From a virus (taxonomy: Duplodnaviria > Caudoviricetes), in IMG/VR virus record IMGVR_UViG_3300012942_000079, positions 1 through 40,859 of that record: a stretch of DNA of 40,859 nt; one strand, 5' to 3'. The notes beneath the pieces were generated by a model, which was not told the DNA's origin, did not search any database, and worked only from the letters and a program-made list of their open reading frames with translations. Shown piece after piece: positions 25,377 through 34,956 of this stretch (the first letter of the stretch is position 1; every line of letters starts with the position of its first letter). Position numbers and translations under genes: made by a program.

Positions 25377-27185
25377 ATGTATCTTGATTGGCAGTCCGAT
25401 CCTCGTGAGTATTATTTCGTAGATATCGAGGGTGATGATCTTATCCCCTCTGTTCTATGGGTTCTTTGTTGGGAGAATATTAAAACAGGAGAGACGGGAG
25501 AGTGTATTGGACACGGATCAATCAAGAGGTTCCTTGATAACCGTAATGCTGTGTTTGTTGGGCATAACGCTCTTAAGTGGGATATACTGTGGGCGAATAG
25601 GCTTGCTTCTTCCCGCGTACCTATTAGTCGTATTGTGGATACTCTCATTCTAACGACTCTGTACAACCCGAGCATGAAGGGAGGACACTCTCTTCGTGCT
25701 TGGGGTGAGAGGTTCGGAGTATACAAAGGGGAGTGGACTGACTTCAAGAACTTCTGTCCTGAGATGATTTCGTACTGCCATCAAGACGTAACTGTTGGAG
25801 TACAGATATTCAAGAGAGTGACAGAAGTCTTGAGGAAGATTGGCTTCTCCGAGAAGAGCGTGAAGCTCCAACATGAGTTTATGAATGTTCTCCGTAAGCA
25901 ACAGGAGAATGGTTTTTACTTTAACTATGACGGAGCAGTAGCCCTATATCAGAAACTTAGGAATAGGCAGAATGAACTCCAGCAACTTATCTACAATGAG
26001 TTCCCCCCCGAACGCATCCTCGTCCGCGAGGCAGATATGTTTGTTAAATCTGGCCGACCAAGTGTCCGCTATGAGAAAGATAGAGAGCGGTATCACATCG
26101 AAAAGGATGAGCAAGGAGGAAGGTACTCTGCGTATGAAGATGTGTACTTTAACATTGGATCGCCTAAACAGCGAGTTGAAAAGCTTGTTGCCCTAGGCTG
26201 GGAGCCGGAGGAGTTCACCCCTAAGGGGTTTCCAAAGGTTACTGAAGAGTCTCTACAACGCTTTGCAGAACTCACTCGTATCAAGGAGGTGTCCTACATA
26301 ACCAAGTGGATGTCTATCTCTGGCCGAGCCAATATGATTAACAACTGGCTAGAGAACTACAACCACGAGACTCATTGTATCCACGGATCATTGTTTGTAG
26401 CAGATACTCTCCGACTTCGACACCAGAAACCCAATACAGCTAATGTCCCTGCTGTCAAGGTTCGAAAGGACGAGGACGGCAACAGGCATATTCTGTACGG
26501 AGAAGAAGGCTACTACACCTACGAGGCTAGGGACCAGTGGACTTCTAGGCCCGGAAGGAAGTTAGTAGGTGCTGACGCCTCTGGGCTAGAGCTTCGTATG
26601 TTGGCCCACTTCCTCAACGATGATAACTTCACTCATCAGGTTGTGGATGGCGATCCCCACCAATATAATGCTGATAAGGCTAGGGTCGAGAGAGATAATG
26701 CCAAGACTCTGATCTACGCTATTCAGTACGGGGCACAGGCCAAGAAGGTTGGCCAGATTATGAAGACCAATGCTAAGGAAGGAGGTAGGATAAGAGAGAT
26801 GTTCCTCAAAGAGCTTGGTCTTGATAAGGTTCTAGAGGAGGTACAGAGTGAGTTTATACAAGGACGAATTGAACTGGTTGATGGGGGAAGAGTCATATGC
26901 CCGTCTAAGCATGCTGCCCTCAACTATAAGCTTCAAGGCTCTGGTGCCAGAGTCATGGCTCAAGCGGCAGTATTCCTCGAAGGACATATTAGACGCAATG
27001 GACTTGATAGTCTTAAAGTCGGAGACATTCACGATGAGTGGCAGTACGATGTTGCTCCGGGAGATGCCACTAAACATGGAGAACTGGCGGTGCAGAGCCT
27101 TCGAGAAGCTGGCGAAGAACTTAATCTCCGAGTTCCGATTGATGGAGTTAGCAAGGAAGGACGAACTTGGGCAGAAACTCACTAG
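25377..27185 (+). CDS. DNA polymerase, family A (T7 gp5-like) with 3'-5' exonuclease
   Basis: ExoI DIE, ExoII GHN...WD, ExoIII YCHQD; motif A DASGLELR, motif B AKTLIYAIQYG, motif C IHDE; C-terminal WAETH. Confidence 0.96.
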   Translation: MYLDWQSDPREYYFVDIEGDDLIPSVLWVLCWENIKTGETGECIGHGSIKRFLDNRNAVFVGHNALKWDILWANRLASSRVPISRIVDTLILTTLYNPSMKGGHSLRAWGERFGVYKGEWTDFKNFCPEMISYCHQDVTVGVQIFKRVTEVLRKIGFSEKSVKLQHEFMNVLRKQQENGFYFNYDGAVALYQKLRNRQNELQQLIYNEFPPERILVREADMFVKSGRPSVRYEKDRERYHIEKDEQGGRYSAYEDVYFNIGSPKQRVEKLVALGWEPEEFTPKGFPKVTEESLQRFAELTRIKEVSYITKWMSISGRANMINNWLENYNHETHCIHGSLFVADTLRLRHQKPNTANVPAVKVRKDEDGNRHILYGEEGYYTYEARDQWTSRPGRKLVGADASGLELRMLAHFLNDDNFTHQVVDGDPHQYNADKARVERDNAKTLIYAIQYGAQAKKVGQIMKTNAKEGGRIREMFLKELGLDKVLEEVQSEFIQGRIELVDGGRVICPSKHAALNYKLQGSGARVMAQAAVFLEGHIRRNGLDSLKVGDIHDEWQYDVAPGDATKHGELAVQSLREAGEELNLRVPIDGVSKEGRTWAETH

Positions 27186-27201
27186 CTAGTTAATTTAGTA
27201 G

Positions 27202-27229
27202 TTGACATTAGTTTCATATGTGGTATAAT
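27202..27229 (+). promoter_or_regulatory. sigma70-type promoter upstream of SSB
   Basis: TTGACA-16 nt-TATAAT with TGG extension. Confidence 0.85.
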
Positions 27230-27283
27230 AAGAGTACAAGGTAGGGGGTTCACCTTGTTCAACACTAGAAAAGGATTAAGATA

Positions 27284-27826
27284 TTGGCGTCTAATAAGAC
27301 TGTAGCTTTCATCCGTGGCAAGCTCTATTGGCCTAAAGTCTTCGGAGAACCTCGGCCCAACTACGCTGGGGATGGTCGGGAGTGGACCTTCGAAATAGAG
27401 CCCGACGAGGAAGGGCTCGCCACCTGTAAGAAGCTGGGTATTACTGGTAAACTGAAGGATAAGTACGAGGATCGTGGTAAGTATCTGACTCTGAAGCGTC
27501 GTGAACTGACCAAGAGCGGAGAAAAGAACAGCCATATCCGAGTCATCGGCCCTGACAACAACGAGTGGGGTGATAAGCTCCTCGGTAACGAGACTATTGC
27601 TGATGTCAAGATTGATGTCCGCTCCTATGATAAGGGCATGAAGGGCGTCTACCCGATTGCTATTCGTGTTGTTGACCATGTGGAGTATAAGAGCAATGAG
27701 TTCCCTCCCATGACTAAGGATGACGAGTACTACAAGGCCCCAGACAAGGATGATTTTAAGAAGGACTTTGGCATTGAGGAGTCCGACGCTGACAATGAAG
27801 ACCTTGATGACGAAGTTCCTTTTTGA
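27284..27826 (+). CDS. single-stranded DNA-binding protein (T7 gp2.5-like)
   Basis: Follows the polymerase; GN motif, AIRVVDHVEY, acidic tail ending DDEVPF. Confidence 0.8.
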   Translation: MASNKTVAFIRGKLYWPKVFGEPRPNYAGDGREWTFEIEPDEEGLATCKKLGITGKLKDKYEDRGKYLTLKRRELTKSGEKNSHIRVIGPDNNEWGDKLLGNETIADVKIDVRSYDKGMKGVYPIAIRVVDHVEYKSNEFPPMTKDDEYYKAPDKDDFKKDFGIEESDADNEDLDDEVPF

Positions 27827-27982
27827 GGGTAGACCGGGTGGTAAGGTGAGGGATTACCTACTCCTTCAGAAGGAGGGGTTTTAACTGCGATACCCTCCGA
27901 TACCCGGCTGATCTGGGGAGATGCGGGGTAGCTCCAGCGAGAATGACAATGAAGCCCGCACATATATAACGGAGATATCCTA

Positions 27983-28243
27983 GTGCCTAAATACCGCTTT
28001 ACTGTTGATGTCCTTAGAGATGTTGAGGAGACTATTGACATCATCGTCAACGCTGGTAGTCTCGAAGAAGCTAAAGAGATGGCTGAGAAGATTATAGTAG
28101 AGTATCCTTGCAGCGGATATGTCGCTGATAGATATCTCGTTACTCATAATCATATCTCTATCCCTTATGAGATAGGCTTCCGAGAATTGGACGATAAACC
28201 AGTTAACGATAACGCTGACGAGGAGCCAGACCTAATTGCCTAG
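27983..28243 (+). CDS. hypothetical protein
   Basis: GTG start after GGAG. Confidence 0.7.
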   Translation: MPKYRFTVDVLRDVEETIDIIVNAGSLEEAKEMAEKIIVEYPCSGYVADRYLVTHNHISIPYEIGFRELDDKPVNDNADEEPDLIA

Positions 28244-29105
28244 TAGCATCGAAACACTGGTTCAGGATATCTATGACCTCTTCACAGGAGGAAAGATAGA
28301 ATTAAACGGTAAGCACCTAGACAACTTCACTGATGCTGTATCTGACATTATGAAGGTGCAGTTTGAGGAGGAAAGAGGTCCGGGCAACTACCTCCGGATG
28401 AGTAACATCGGTAAGCCTGATCGTCAGCTATGGTACGACATTAACTGGGAGGGGGAGACGGAGAAGTTCACAGGGCCTAACCTGATTAAGTTCATGTACG
28501 GCCATCTTATCGAACAGTTCGTCATCTTTCTAGCTGAACAGGCTGGCCACAAGGTAGAGTATAAGCAACGAGAAGTAGACGTTCTAGGTATAAAAGGCCA
28601 TATCGACTGCATGATTGATGGAGTAGTGGTTGATGTGAAATCAGCTTCATCTATGCAGTTCCCCAAGTTCGAGAAAGGTCTTCTCCTAGAGCCGGGTAAC
28701 GATGCCTTCGGGTACGTAGCCCAGCTATCTGGTTATCGCCATGCTATATCTCCAGATTCTCCTGCTGCCTTCTTAGCTGTCGATAAGACTCTAGGCAAGT
28801 TGGCCCTCCTGATGGTCCCTAATGAGCACCTAGACAGGTATAACGTAGAGAACAGGATCGTCCATGCCAAGGACATGGTAACTTGGAAGGAGCCTCCTAA
28901 GCGCTGCTACGAGCCAAAGGAAGAAGGAAAGAGTGGCAATCTTATCCTTCCTGTTGGCTGTGCCTACTGCAAGCACAAGGCTCATTGCTGGTCTGATGCT
29001 AACGGAGGTAGGGGGTTGAGGGTGTACGGGTATTCATCTGGTCCTAAGTTCTTTGTAAAGGTAGTTAAGGAGCCTCGTGTAGATGAATACTTCCCCCCGG
29101 TTTAG
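28236..29105 (+). CDS. PD-(D/E)XK (Cas4-like) exonuclease
   Basis: LRMSNIGKPDRQLWY, GHIDCMIDGVVVDVKSAS, YVAQLSGY, CAYCKHKAHC. Confidence 0.88.
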   Translation: MPSSIETLVQDIYDLFTGGKIELNGKHLDNFTDAVSDIMKVQFEEERGPGNYLRMSNIGKPDRQLWYDINWEGETEKFTGPNLIKFMYGHLIEQFVIFLAEQAGHKVEYKQREVDVLGIKGHIDCMIDGVVVDVKSASSMQFPKFEKGLLLEPGNDAFGYVAQLSGYRHAISPDSPAAFLAVDKTLGKLALLMVPNEHLDRYNVENRIVHAKDMVTWKEPPKRCYEPKEEGKSGNLILPVGCAYCKHKAHCWSDANGGRGLRVYGYSSGPKFFVKVVKEPRVDEYFPPV

Positions 29106-29454
29106 GAGTAAATTTGAAGAGACTGTTTGGAATGCTGCTATCGGGGAGGGTAAAGAACTAGAGTATGAACCTAAATCTCATCGTCTACCTTACACTCTGG
29201 CTTGTAATTACCTTCCCGATATGCTTCTACCAAATGGAACTATCGTCGAGATCAAGGGCAGACTTACCTCCCACGACCGCCGTAAAATGCTTGCTGTTCG
29301 TAACGCTCATCCACGCCTTGATATTCGTTTTGTATTCCAGCGTGCTTCTGTTCCTCTGTATCGTGGGGCTAAGATGAACTATGGACAGTGGGCTGACAAA
29401 CATAACTACCAGTGGGCAGAGAAAACAATCCCACTAGAATGGTGGAAGGAATAA
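29083..29454 (+). CDS. T7 endonuclease I-like Holliday junction resolvase
   Basis: FRSKFE, YLPD, VEIKG, DIRFVF. Confidence 0.9.
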   Translation: MNTSPRFRSKFEETVWNAAIGEGKELEYEPKSHRLPYTLACNYLPDMLLPNGTIVEIKGRLTSHDRRKMLAVRNAHPRLDIRFVFQRASVPLYRGAKMNYGQWADKHNYQWAEKTIPLEWWKE

Positions 29455-29459
29455 TAACT

Positions 29460-30173
29460 TTGAACAACAAACCTAAAATCCTGTATTGGGATTGTGAGTG
29501 GAAGCCTGCTAAAGCCTTCGTGTGGCGAATGTTCGACGAGAATGTAACTCCCGATCAGTTAATCGATGCTGGCGGTATGTTGTGCTTCTCAGCTATCTGG
29601 GACGACACTGGCGAGGTTATCTTCTCATCGGAGTGGGACGATGGCCATGAAGGAATGGTTCGTAATCTACATAAGCTCTTCGAAGAGGCTGACGTACTGG
29701 TCACTTTCAACGGTGATCGGTATGACAACCCTAAAGCTCTAGGTGAGTTCCTCCTAGCTGGGCTAGCCCCCCCTCCTCCGCCTACCAGCATCGACTTGCT
29801 CAAGGCTGTTAAGAAGATGGGCTATGTTATGAATCGTCTGGCCTTTATCGGCCCCTTCCTCGGTGTTGGTAAGAAGGTACAGCACGAAGGTTTTCCTCTG
29901 TGGACGGCTGTGATGGATGGAGATCCTAAGGCTCAGGCTCGGATGAAGAAGTACTGCATTCAAGACAGCAAGCTTCTGGTCCGTCTGTACAAGAAGATCA
30001 AGCCTTACATTCGTAACCATCCGTTCCTTGGAGAGCGTCGAGCCTGTGGCGCTTGTAATGGAAAGGTCCTTCACTCTAGGGGATATCGTAGAACCAAGGC
30101 TTTCAAGATTCAGCGGCTTCAGTGTGTCAACTGTGGTAGCTGGCAGGATGGTAAGCGTGAGCGGGTTGGGTAA
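29460..30173 (+). CDS. RNase H-fold (DnaQ-like) exonuclease with C-terminal Zn ribbon
   Basis: WDCE, TFNGDRYD, YCIQD; CGAC...CVNC; probable TTG start at 29460. Confidence 0.85.
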   Translation: MNNKPKILYWDCEWKPAKAFVWRMFDENVTPDQLIDAGGMLCFSAIWDDTGEVIFSSEWDDGHEGMVRNLHKLFEEADVLVTFNGDRYDNPKALGEFLLAGLAPPPPPTSIDLLKAVKKMGYVMNRLAFIGPFLGVGKKVQHEGFPLWTAVMDGDPKAQARMKKYCIQDSKLLVRLYKKIKPYIRNHPFLGERRACGACNGKVLHSRGYRRTKAFKIQRLQCVNCGSWQDGKRERVG

Positions 30174-30177
30174 CATT

Positions 30178-30360
30178 ATGGACAAAGAACTGGAACAAGT
30201 CCTTATTGATCGATTTGAGGCATGGGAGATTGCAGACTTCCTCCAGATTAGTACGGAGGAGTTTGTCGATTTCTTTAGGCATCGCATTGAGGAGAATTAT
30301 GAAGATGTCTGTGAATGGGCAGGCTTCCGCCGAGACGACTCACTCGGCTCCGATGAATAG
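30178..30360 (+). CDS. hypothetical protein
   Basis: ATG 30178; MDKELEQVLIDRFEAWEIADFLQISTEEFV. Confidence 0.7.
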   Translation: MDKELEQVLIDRFEAWEIADFLQISTEEFVDFFRHRIEENYEDVCEWAGFRRDDSLGSDE

Positions 30361-30652
30361 CTATATGTATGGACCTACTACTGCCCTTACAGTAGAGGAT
30401 ACGCTTAAAGAACGTGGTAGCCGATACGGTCCTTTTGAGACTCATGCAGAGTATGCTGAAGGGATCAATCAGGTCTATGAAAGCTCTCTAAACTGGCTGG
30501 ACATGAAGCCTGATGCTAAGGAAGCACTACGTATCATTGCTAACAAGATCGGCCGCATTCTCAATGGCGATCCTGACTACGATGATAATTGGCGAGATAT
30601 CGCTGGATATGCTACGCTCGTTGAGAAGCGGATCAACGGTATCAAGGTGTAA
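30353..30652 (+). CDS. DUF6378-like protein (all-alpha, putative nucleotide-metabolism role)
   Basis: TLKERGSRYG...KIGRILNGDPDYDDNWRDIAGYATL. Confidence 0.75.
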   Translation: MNSYMYGPTTALTVEDTLKERGSRYGPFETHAEYAEGINQVYESSLNWLDMKPDAKEALRIIANKIGRILNGDPDYDDNWRDIAGYATLVEKRINGIKV

Positions 30653-30676
30653 TAATAACAAGAAAGAGAGTTAACC

Positions 30677-30874
30677 GTGGTCAAGGGAATGGACCGCTAT
30701 ACTGATAAGCAGCGTCGGAGTGTAAGGAGGAGGAACCGCTATGCCCACGATCTTAGGACCCCTAAGTATCGGCAGAGGGTAGTGGACAATAAGAGGCCTC
30801 CGCCTCCTCCACCTGAAGTTGATGATTACGACGATGATGATGACTATTACAACGACAATGATAAGGAAGATTGA
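30677..30874 (+). CDS. small protein with basic N-terminus and acidic tail
   Basis: RRRNRYAHDLRTPKYRQRVV, poly-Pro linker, Asp-rich tail. Confidence 0.65.
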   Translation: MVKGMDRYTDKQRRSVRRRNRYAHDLRTPKYRQRVVDNKRPPPPPPEVDDYDDDDDYYNDNDKED

Positions 30875-31134
30875 TGGACGATAGTAATAAAGTGAATAAG
30901 CTTCTCGAAGAAATCGGAAACCTTAACGATGAGGAGTGCCTCCAACTCTTCATCAATCTGACAGATCGTGTTGATATCGGTACAGCTTTCCTAGAGCACA
31001 AAGAGTCTGGCTTGATCGACAAGCAACTCCTCATCCTGAAGTGTGGAGACATTGTTGAAGCGACTAACCATATTGACCTAGAGACTCCTCTTATGGTTGC
31101 TCGTCCTACTGAGTTGGAGGTAACACTAAACTAA
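30874..31134 (+). CDS. hypothetical protein
   Basis: Coupled by TGATG upstream and TAATG downstream. Confidence 0.7.
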   Translation: MDDSNKVNKLLEEIGNLNDEECLQLFINLTDRVDIGTAFLEHKESGLIDKQLLILKCGDIVEATNHIDLETPLMVARPTELEVTLN

Positions 31135-32900
31135 TGGTAAAGGTAGCAAGGGAGAGGGATAAACTCCTTACTGACTTCGGTAAGGAGACTCTCAAGGATC
31201 GATATCTTCTAAATGGTGAAGACTATCAGAACTTGTTTAAGCGCGTAGCAGAGGCATATGGTAACGATGAGGAGCAGAAACAGCGTCTCTATGATTACAT
31301 TTCCCAACTGTGGTTTATGCCTGCAACCCCTGTTCTTTCCAATGGTGGAACGGACCGAGGACTCCCCATCTCTTGCTACCTCAACAGTGTCGAAGACAGC
31401 CTCGAAGGCATCGCCTCCATCTGGAATGAGAATGTTTACCTCGCTGCTAAGGGCGGTGGTATCGGGACTTACTGGGGCGGTGTACGCTCTATTGGGGAGA
31501 AAGTAGGACAGAATGGTAAGACTTCTGGGATCATCCCTTTTGTATGTGTGTCTGATAGCCTCACTCTTGCAATTAGTCAGGGGTCACTTCGTCGAGGCTC
31601 TAGCGCTAGCTATATTGACGTATCTCATCCCGAGATTGAAGAGTTTCTCGATATTCGTAAGCCGAGCGGGGATTTTAATCGTAAGGCTCTTAACATACAC
31701 CACGGCCTACTCATTACAGACTCTTTCATGGAAGCTGTCCGTAATGGCAAGTCGTTTGCTCTTGTTTCACCAAAAACTAGAGAGACAGTTAAAGAAGTCG
31801 ATGCCCGCAGTCTCTTCCAAAAGATCGTAGAGACCCGGCTTCAGACTGGTGAACCTTACCTCGTGTTCATTGATACGGTTAACCGATCCATTCCCGAGTG
31901 GCACAAGAGGGCTGGTCTAAAGGTACAGACTTCCAACCTCTGTTCCGAGATTACCTTACCAACTAATGAGGATCGTACTGCTGTTTGTTGCCTGTCCAGT
32001 CTTAACCTAGCCAAGTGGCATGAGTGGAAAGATAATCCTCAGTTCATTCAGGATATCTATGACTTCCTCGCTAACGTCCTAAAGGACTTTATCAAGAGGG
32101 CTCCCGAGGATATGCGTAAGGCTATTGCTTCGGCCTATGCTGAACGGTCTGTCGGTCTCGGTGTTATGGGCTTCCATACTCTCCTTCAACAGGAGAACAT
32201 TCCATTCGAGTCTGTGATGGCCAAGGTTCTCAACAATCGTATCTTCAAGCACATAAAAAAGGAGGCCGATAAAGCCTCCAAACGTCTTGCTATTGAGTAT
32301 GGTCCTTGCCCTGATGCTAAGGAATATGGCTTCCATGAATACTTTTCTAACAAGACTGCCATTGCCCCTACTGCTAGTATCTCTATTATATGTGGCGGCG
32401 TATCTGCCTGTGTAGAGCCTATCCCTGCTAACATCTACACCCACAAGACTCTGTCTGGCTCCTTCACTGTTAAGAACCCTCTGCTTACAAGCATCCTAGA
32501 AGAGAGAGGGATCAACACAGAAGAGACTTGGGGCTCTATCCTTGAGGCTGGTGGCTCTGTCCAACACCTTAAAGGGCTGACCAAGCATCAGAGAGATGTG
32601 TTTAAGACTAGTTTTGAGATTGACCAGCGATGGGTTCTCGACCTTGCTGCTGATCGCTCTCCTCTTATCGATCAGGCTCAGAGTATCAATCTCTTTGTTG
32701 AGCCAGACATCGATAAGTGGGACCTAGTGATGCTACACTATAAGGCTTGGGAGATGGGCATCAAATCTCTCTACTATCTTCGGTCCAAGAGCCTACAGAG
32801 GGCTGGGTTCGTTGGGGGTGTCGAGAGAGACAACACGATAGAGCATCCAGTAGTTGAAGTTGTTCCTACCGAATATGAGGAGTGCATTTCTTGTCAATAG
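31134..32900 (+). CDS. nrdA: ribonucleotide reductase class I alpha subunit (no ATP cone)
   Basis: ATPVLSN, PISCYL, SNLCSEI, AVCCLSS, APTAS, KSLYYLRS, C-terminal CISCQ. Confidence 0.96.
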   Translation: MVKVARERDKLLTDFGKETLKDRYLLNGEDYQNLFKRVAEAYGNDEEQKQRLYDYISQLWFMPATPVLSNGGTDRGLPISCYLNSVEDSLEGIASIWNENVYLAAKGGGIGTYWGGVRSIGEKVGQNGKTSGIIPFVCVSDSLTLAISQGSLRRGSSASYIDVSHPEIEEFLDIRKPSGDFNRKALNIHHGLLITDSFMEAVRNGKSFALVSPKTRETVKEVDARSLFQKIVETRLQTGEPYLVFIDTVNRSIPEWHKRAGLKVQTSNLCSEITLPTNEDRTAVCCLSSLNLAKWHEWKDNPQFIQDIYDFLANVLKDFIKRAPEDMRKAIASAYAERSVGLGVMGFHTLLQQENIPFESVMAKVLNNRIFKHIKKEADKASKRLAIEYGPCPDAKEYGFHEYFSNKTAIAPTASISIICGGVSACVEPIPANIYTHKTLSGSFTVKNPLLTSILEERGINTEETWGSILEAGGSVQHLKGLTKHQRDVFKTSFEIDQRWVLDLAADRSPLIDQAQSINLFVEPDIDKWDLVMLHYKAWEMGIKSLYYLRSKSLQRAGFVGGVERDNTIEHPVVEVVPTEYEECISCQ

Positions 32901-32905
32901 GCTTG

Positions 32906-33895
32906 ATGACTGAGAGTAAAGCTTACAAGCCCTTCCGCTATCCTTTTGCTTATGAGTTCTGGAAGCAGCAACAGCGCCTCCACTGGCTGCCAGAAGAGGT
33001 CCCTCTCGGTGAGGATATCAGAGATTGGAATACCAACCTGACTCCTCCCGAGAAGAACCTCCTTACTCAAATCTTTCGCTTCTTTACTCAGGCAGACATC
33101 GAAGTCCAGAACTGTTACCACGAGAAGTACAGCCGAGTCTTCAAGCCTACTGAAGTCAAGATGATGTTGACCTCCTTCAGTAACATGGAGACAGTCCACA
33201 TTGCAGCTTACAGTCATCTTCTAGATACTGTGGGTATGCCAGAGACTGAGTATTCTGCGTTCCTTGACTACAAGGCTATGAAGGACAAGAGCGACTACAT
33301 GGCCCAGTTCGGGACTAAGTCATATCGCGATCTTCTTCTTACTATGGCCTTCTTCGGGGGGTTTACAGAGGGGGTCCAACTCTTTGCTAGCTTCGCTATG
33401 TTGATGAATTTCCCTCGGTTCAACAAGATGAAGGGCATGGGACAGATCATTAGCTGGAGTCTTAGGGATGAGTCCCTTCACTGTGAGGGGATCATCCGTC
33501 TGTTCCATGAACTAGCTAAAGAAACAGGGGCTCTTGATGAACCCCTGAAAGAAGAGATACGGAAACACGCTCTCTCAACTGTCGAACTAGAAGATAAGTT
33601 TATCGATCTGGCATTTGAGATGGGTCCAGTCGAGGGGATGACTAGTGACGACCTCAAGTCTTATATCCGCTATGTTACTGATTGGCGCCTTGGTCAGCTT
33701 CATCTTGAGCCTCTATTTTTCATCGAAAAGCACCCCCTTCCGTGGCTGGTTCCTCTGCTTAATGGGGTGGAACATGCTAATTTCTTCGAAACCCGAGCGA
33801 CTGAATATAGTAAAGTCTCCACTTCAGGCAATTGGGAGAATGTTTGGGGACTCTTCGATCAACGGCTAGCACGAAGGAGCAATTCTGATGAGTAA
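32906..33895 (+). CDS. nrdB: ribonucleotide reductase class I beta subunit
   Basis: HWLPEEV, FFTQAD, METVHIAAY, EGVQLF, RDESLH, NFFETRATEY. Confidence 0.96.
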   Translation: MTESKAYKPFRYPFAYEFWKQQQRLHWLPEEVPLGEDIRDWNTNLTPPEKNLLTQIFRFFTQADIEVQNCYHEKYSRVFKPTEVKMMLTSFSNMETVHIAAYSHLLDTVGMPETEYSAFLDYKAMKDKSDYMAQFGTKSYRDLLLTMAFFGGFTEGVQLFASFAMLMNFPRFNKMKGMGQIISWSLRDESLHCEGIIRLFHELAKETGALDEPLKEEIRKHALSTVELEDKFIDLAFEMGPVEGMTSDDLKSYIRYVTDWRLGQLHLEPLFFIEKHPLPWLVPLLNGVEHANFFETRATEYSKVSTSGNWENVWGLFDQRLARRSNSDE

Positions 33896-34040
33896 GGATG
33901 AAGAGCTTCGTTACATGGTTACTGAAATGGTACTACGGTATCAGTACAAAGATTCTAGCAAAGAAGCCATTGAAGAACTGTACGACTGGATTACTGAGAA
34001 CACAGTTCAAGCAGAGGACTTGTTTGGTTCCCGTACTTAG
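33888..34040 (+). CDS. hypothetical protein (50 aa), last gene of the rightward arm
   Basis: AAGGAG RBS, ATG 33888; MSKDEELRYMVTEMVLRYQYKDSSKEAIEELYDWITE...; 3' end overlaps the o-spanin. Confidence 0.6.
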   Translation: MSKDEELRYMVTEMVLRYQYKDSSKEAIEELYDWITENTVQAEDLFGSRT

Positions 34041-34254
34041 TCCACTCAACTAACTTCTGTAGAGCCACTCTAGCTACATCTTGCACATTCGAGGGCATCT
34101 CTCCTAGGCCAGACGGTCTCTGAGGGATGTCCTCTTTTTTTATGCACTTCTGAATGATGATAGTAGGGACTTCTACAGTCTGCACCTTGATCCCCGGAGT
34201 AGTAGTTGAGCAGCCAGCTAGAAGCACTAGGCAACTAAAGATTAGTCCACGCAT
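33991..34254 (-). CDS. outer-membrane spanin (Rz1-like lipoprotein)
   Basis: MRGLIFSCLVLLAGC lipobox; overlaps the 3' end of the i-spanin. Confidence 0.8.
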   Translation of the reverse strand: MRGLIFSCLVLLAGCSTTTPGIKVQTVEVPTIIIQKCIKKEDIPQRPSGLGEMPSNVQDVARVALQKLVEWTKYGNQTSPLLELCSQ

Positions 34255-34621
34255 CTTTAACATCCTCAGGAATAGTGTTGACAACAGAAGGAGTCTTGGC
34301 AGCTTCCAGTTTATTACTGACACCCGTCAAGGCATCGTTCTTCTTCCTAGCATCCTCTAGAGCCTTAGTGGCCATAGCCTGCTTTATTGCATCCTCCTGT
34401 TCCTGCTTTTGCAGTTGAACCTTTACACTCCTCAATTCATCCTTGAGGTCATCAATAGAAGAGTTGCTAACAGATAGCTTGGTTGATATAGCCTGAGCAT
34501 CTGCCTTATATCTAGCTGCCCGCTCGCCCTGAACATAGAGAAGGACGCAGAGCACCGCTACCGCAGCTAACAACCCCCCGATGATATACAGTTTAAATTC
34601 CTCTAGAAAGTTAGTCAGCAT
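34235..34621 (-). CDS. inner-membrane spanin (Rz-like)
   Basis: N-terminal TM (IIGGLLAAVAVLCVLLYV) followed by a coiled coil. Confidence 0.8.
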   Translation of the reverse strand: MLTNFLEEFKLYIIGGLLAAVAVLCVLLYVQGERAARYKADAQAISTKLSVSNSSIDDLKDELRSVKVQLQKQEQEDAIKQAMATKALEDARKKNDALTGVSNKLEAAKTPSVVNTIPEDVKDAWTNL

Positions 34622-34859
34622 TGTTCGGTGCACCCTTCTTCTCGTAGGTACGGATGCCGTACAGAGCAGCAACAAAAGCCAACTCCGCAGCAAGGAACCC
34701 CTCAGGGAGAATGATCCCATTGAGGGGTCCAATGACAACAGCAAAGAGGACCCCCAGAGCCCCGATCCAGTCCAGAGTGGGTCTGGCTAGACGGAGATAG
34801 AGTTCTAGTCCTCGACTAACGTACCTTTTCTTTGTGGATGAGTTCTCGGAGGGTTCCAT
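34611..34859 (-). CDS. putative holin
   Basis: RP...two hydrophobic segments...YGIRTYEKK, resembling the 3TM/GTA-type holin C-terminus; probable ATG 34859. Confidence 0.7.
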   Translation of the reverse strand: MEPSENSSTKKRYVSRGLELYLRLARPTLDWIGALGVLFAVVIGPLNGIILPEGFLAAELAFVAALYGIRTYEKKGAPNNAD

Positions 34860-34956
34860 AGTGTCCCTTATAGGTTGGATAGAGAGTCTTGAAGATTTCA
34901 TTGGCATCATAGACTCCACTGTTGATAAGTTTACGGATGGAGTTCGTAATGTCCAA
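34816..34956 (-). CDS. possible 46-aa protein bridging endolysin and holin
   Basis: TTG 34956 after AAGGGGAG; fills the gap and overlaps both neighbours. Confidence 0.4.
   Translation of the reverse strand: MDITNSIRKLINSGVYDANEIFKTLYPTYKGHYGTLRELIHKEKVR

Noticed and set aside
28236-29105. CRISPR-Cas system suggested by the Cas4-like nuclease
   Set aside because: No repeat-spacer array or other cas genes; stand-alone Cas4-like exonucleases are common in phage replication modules
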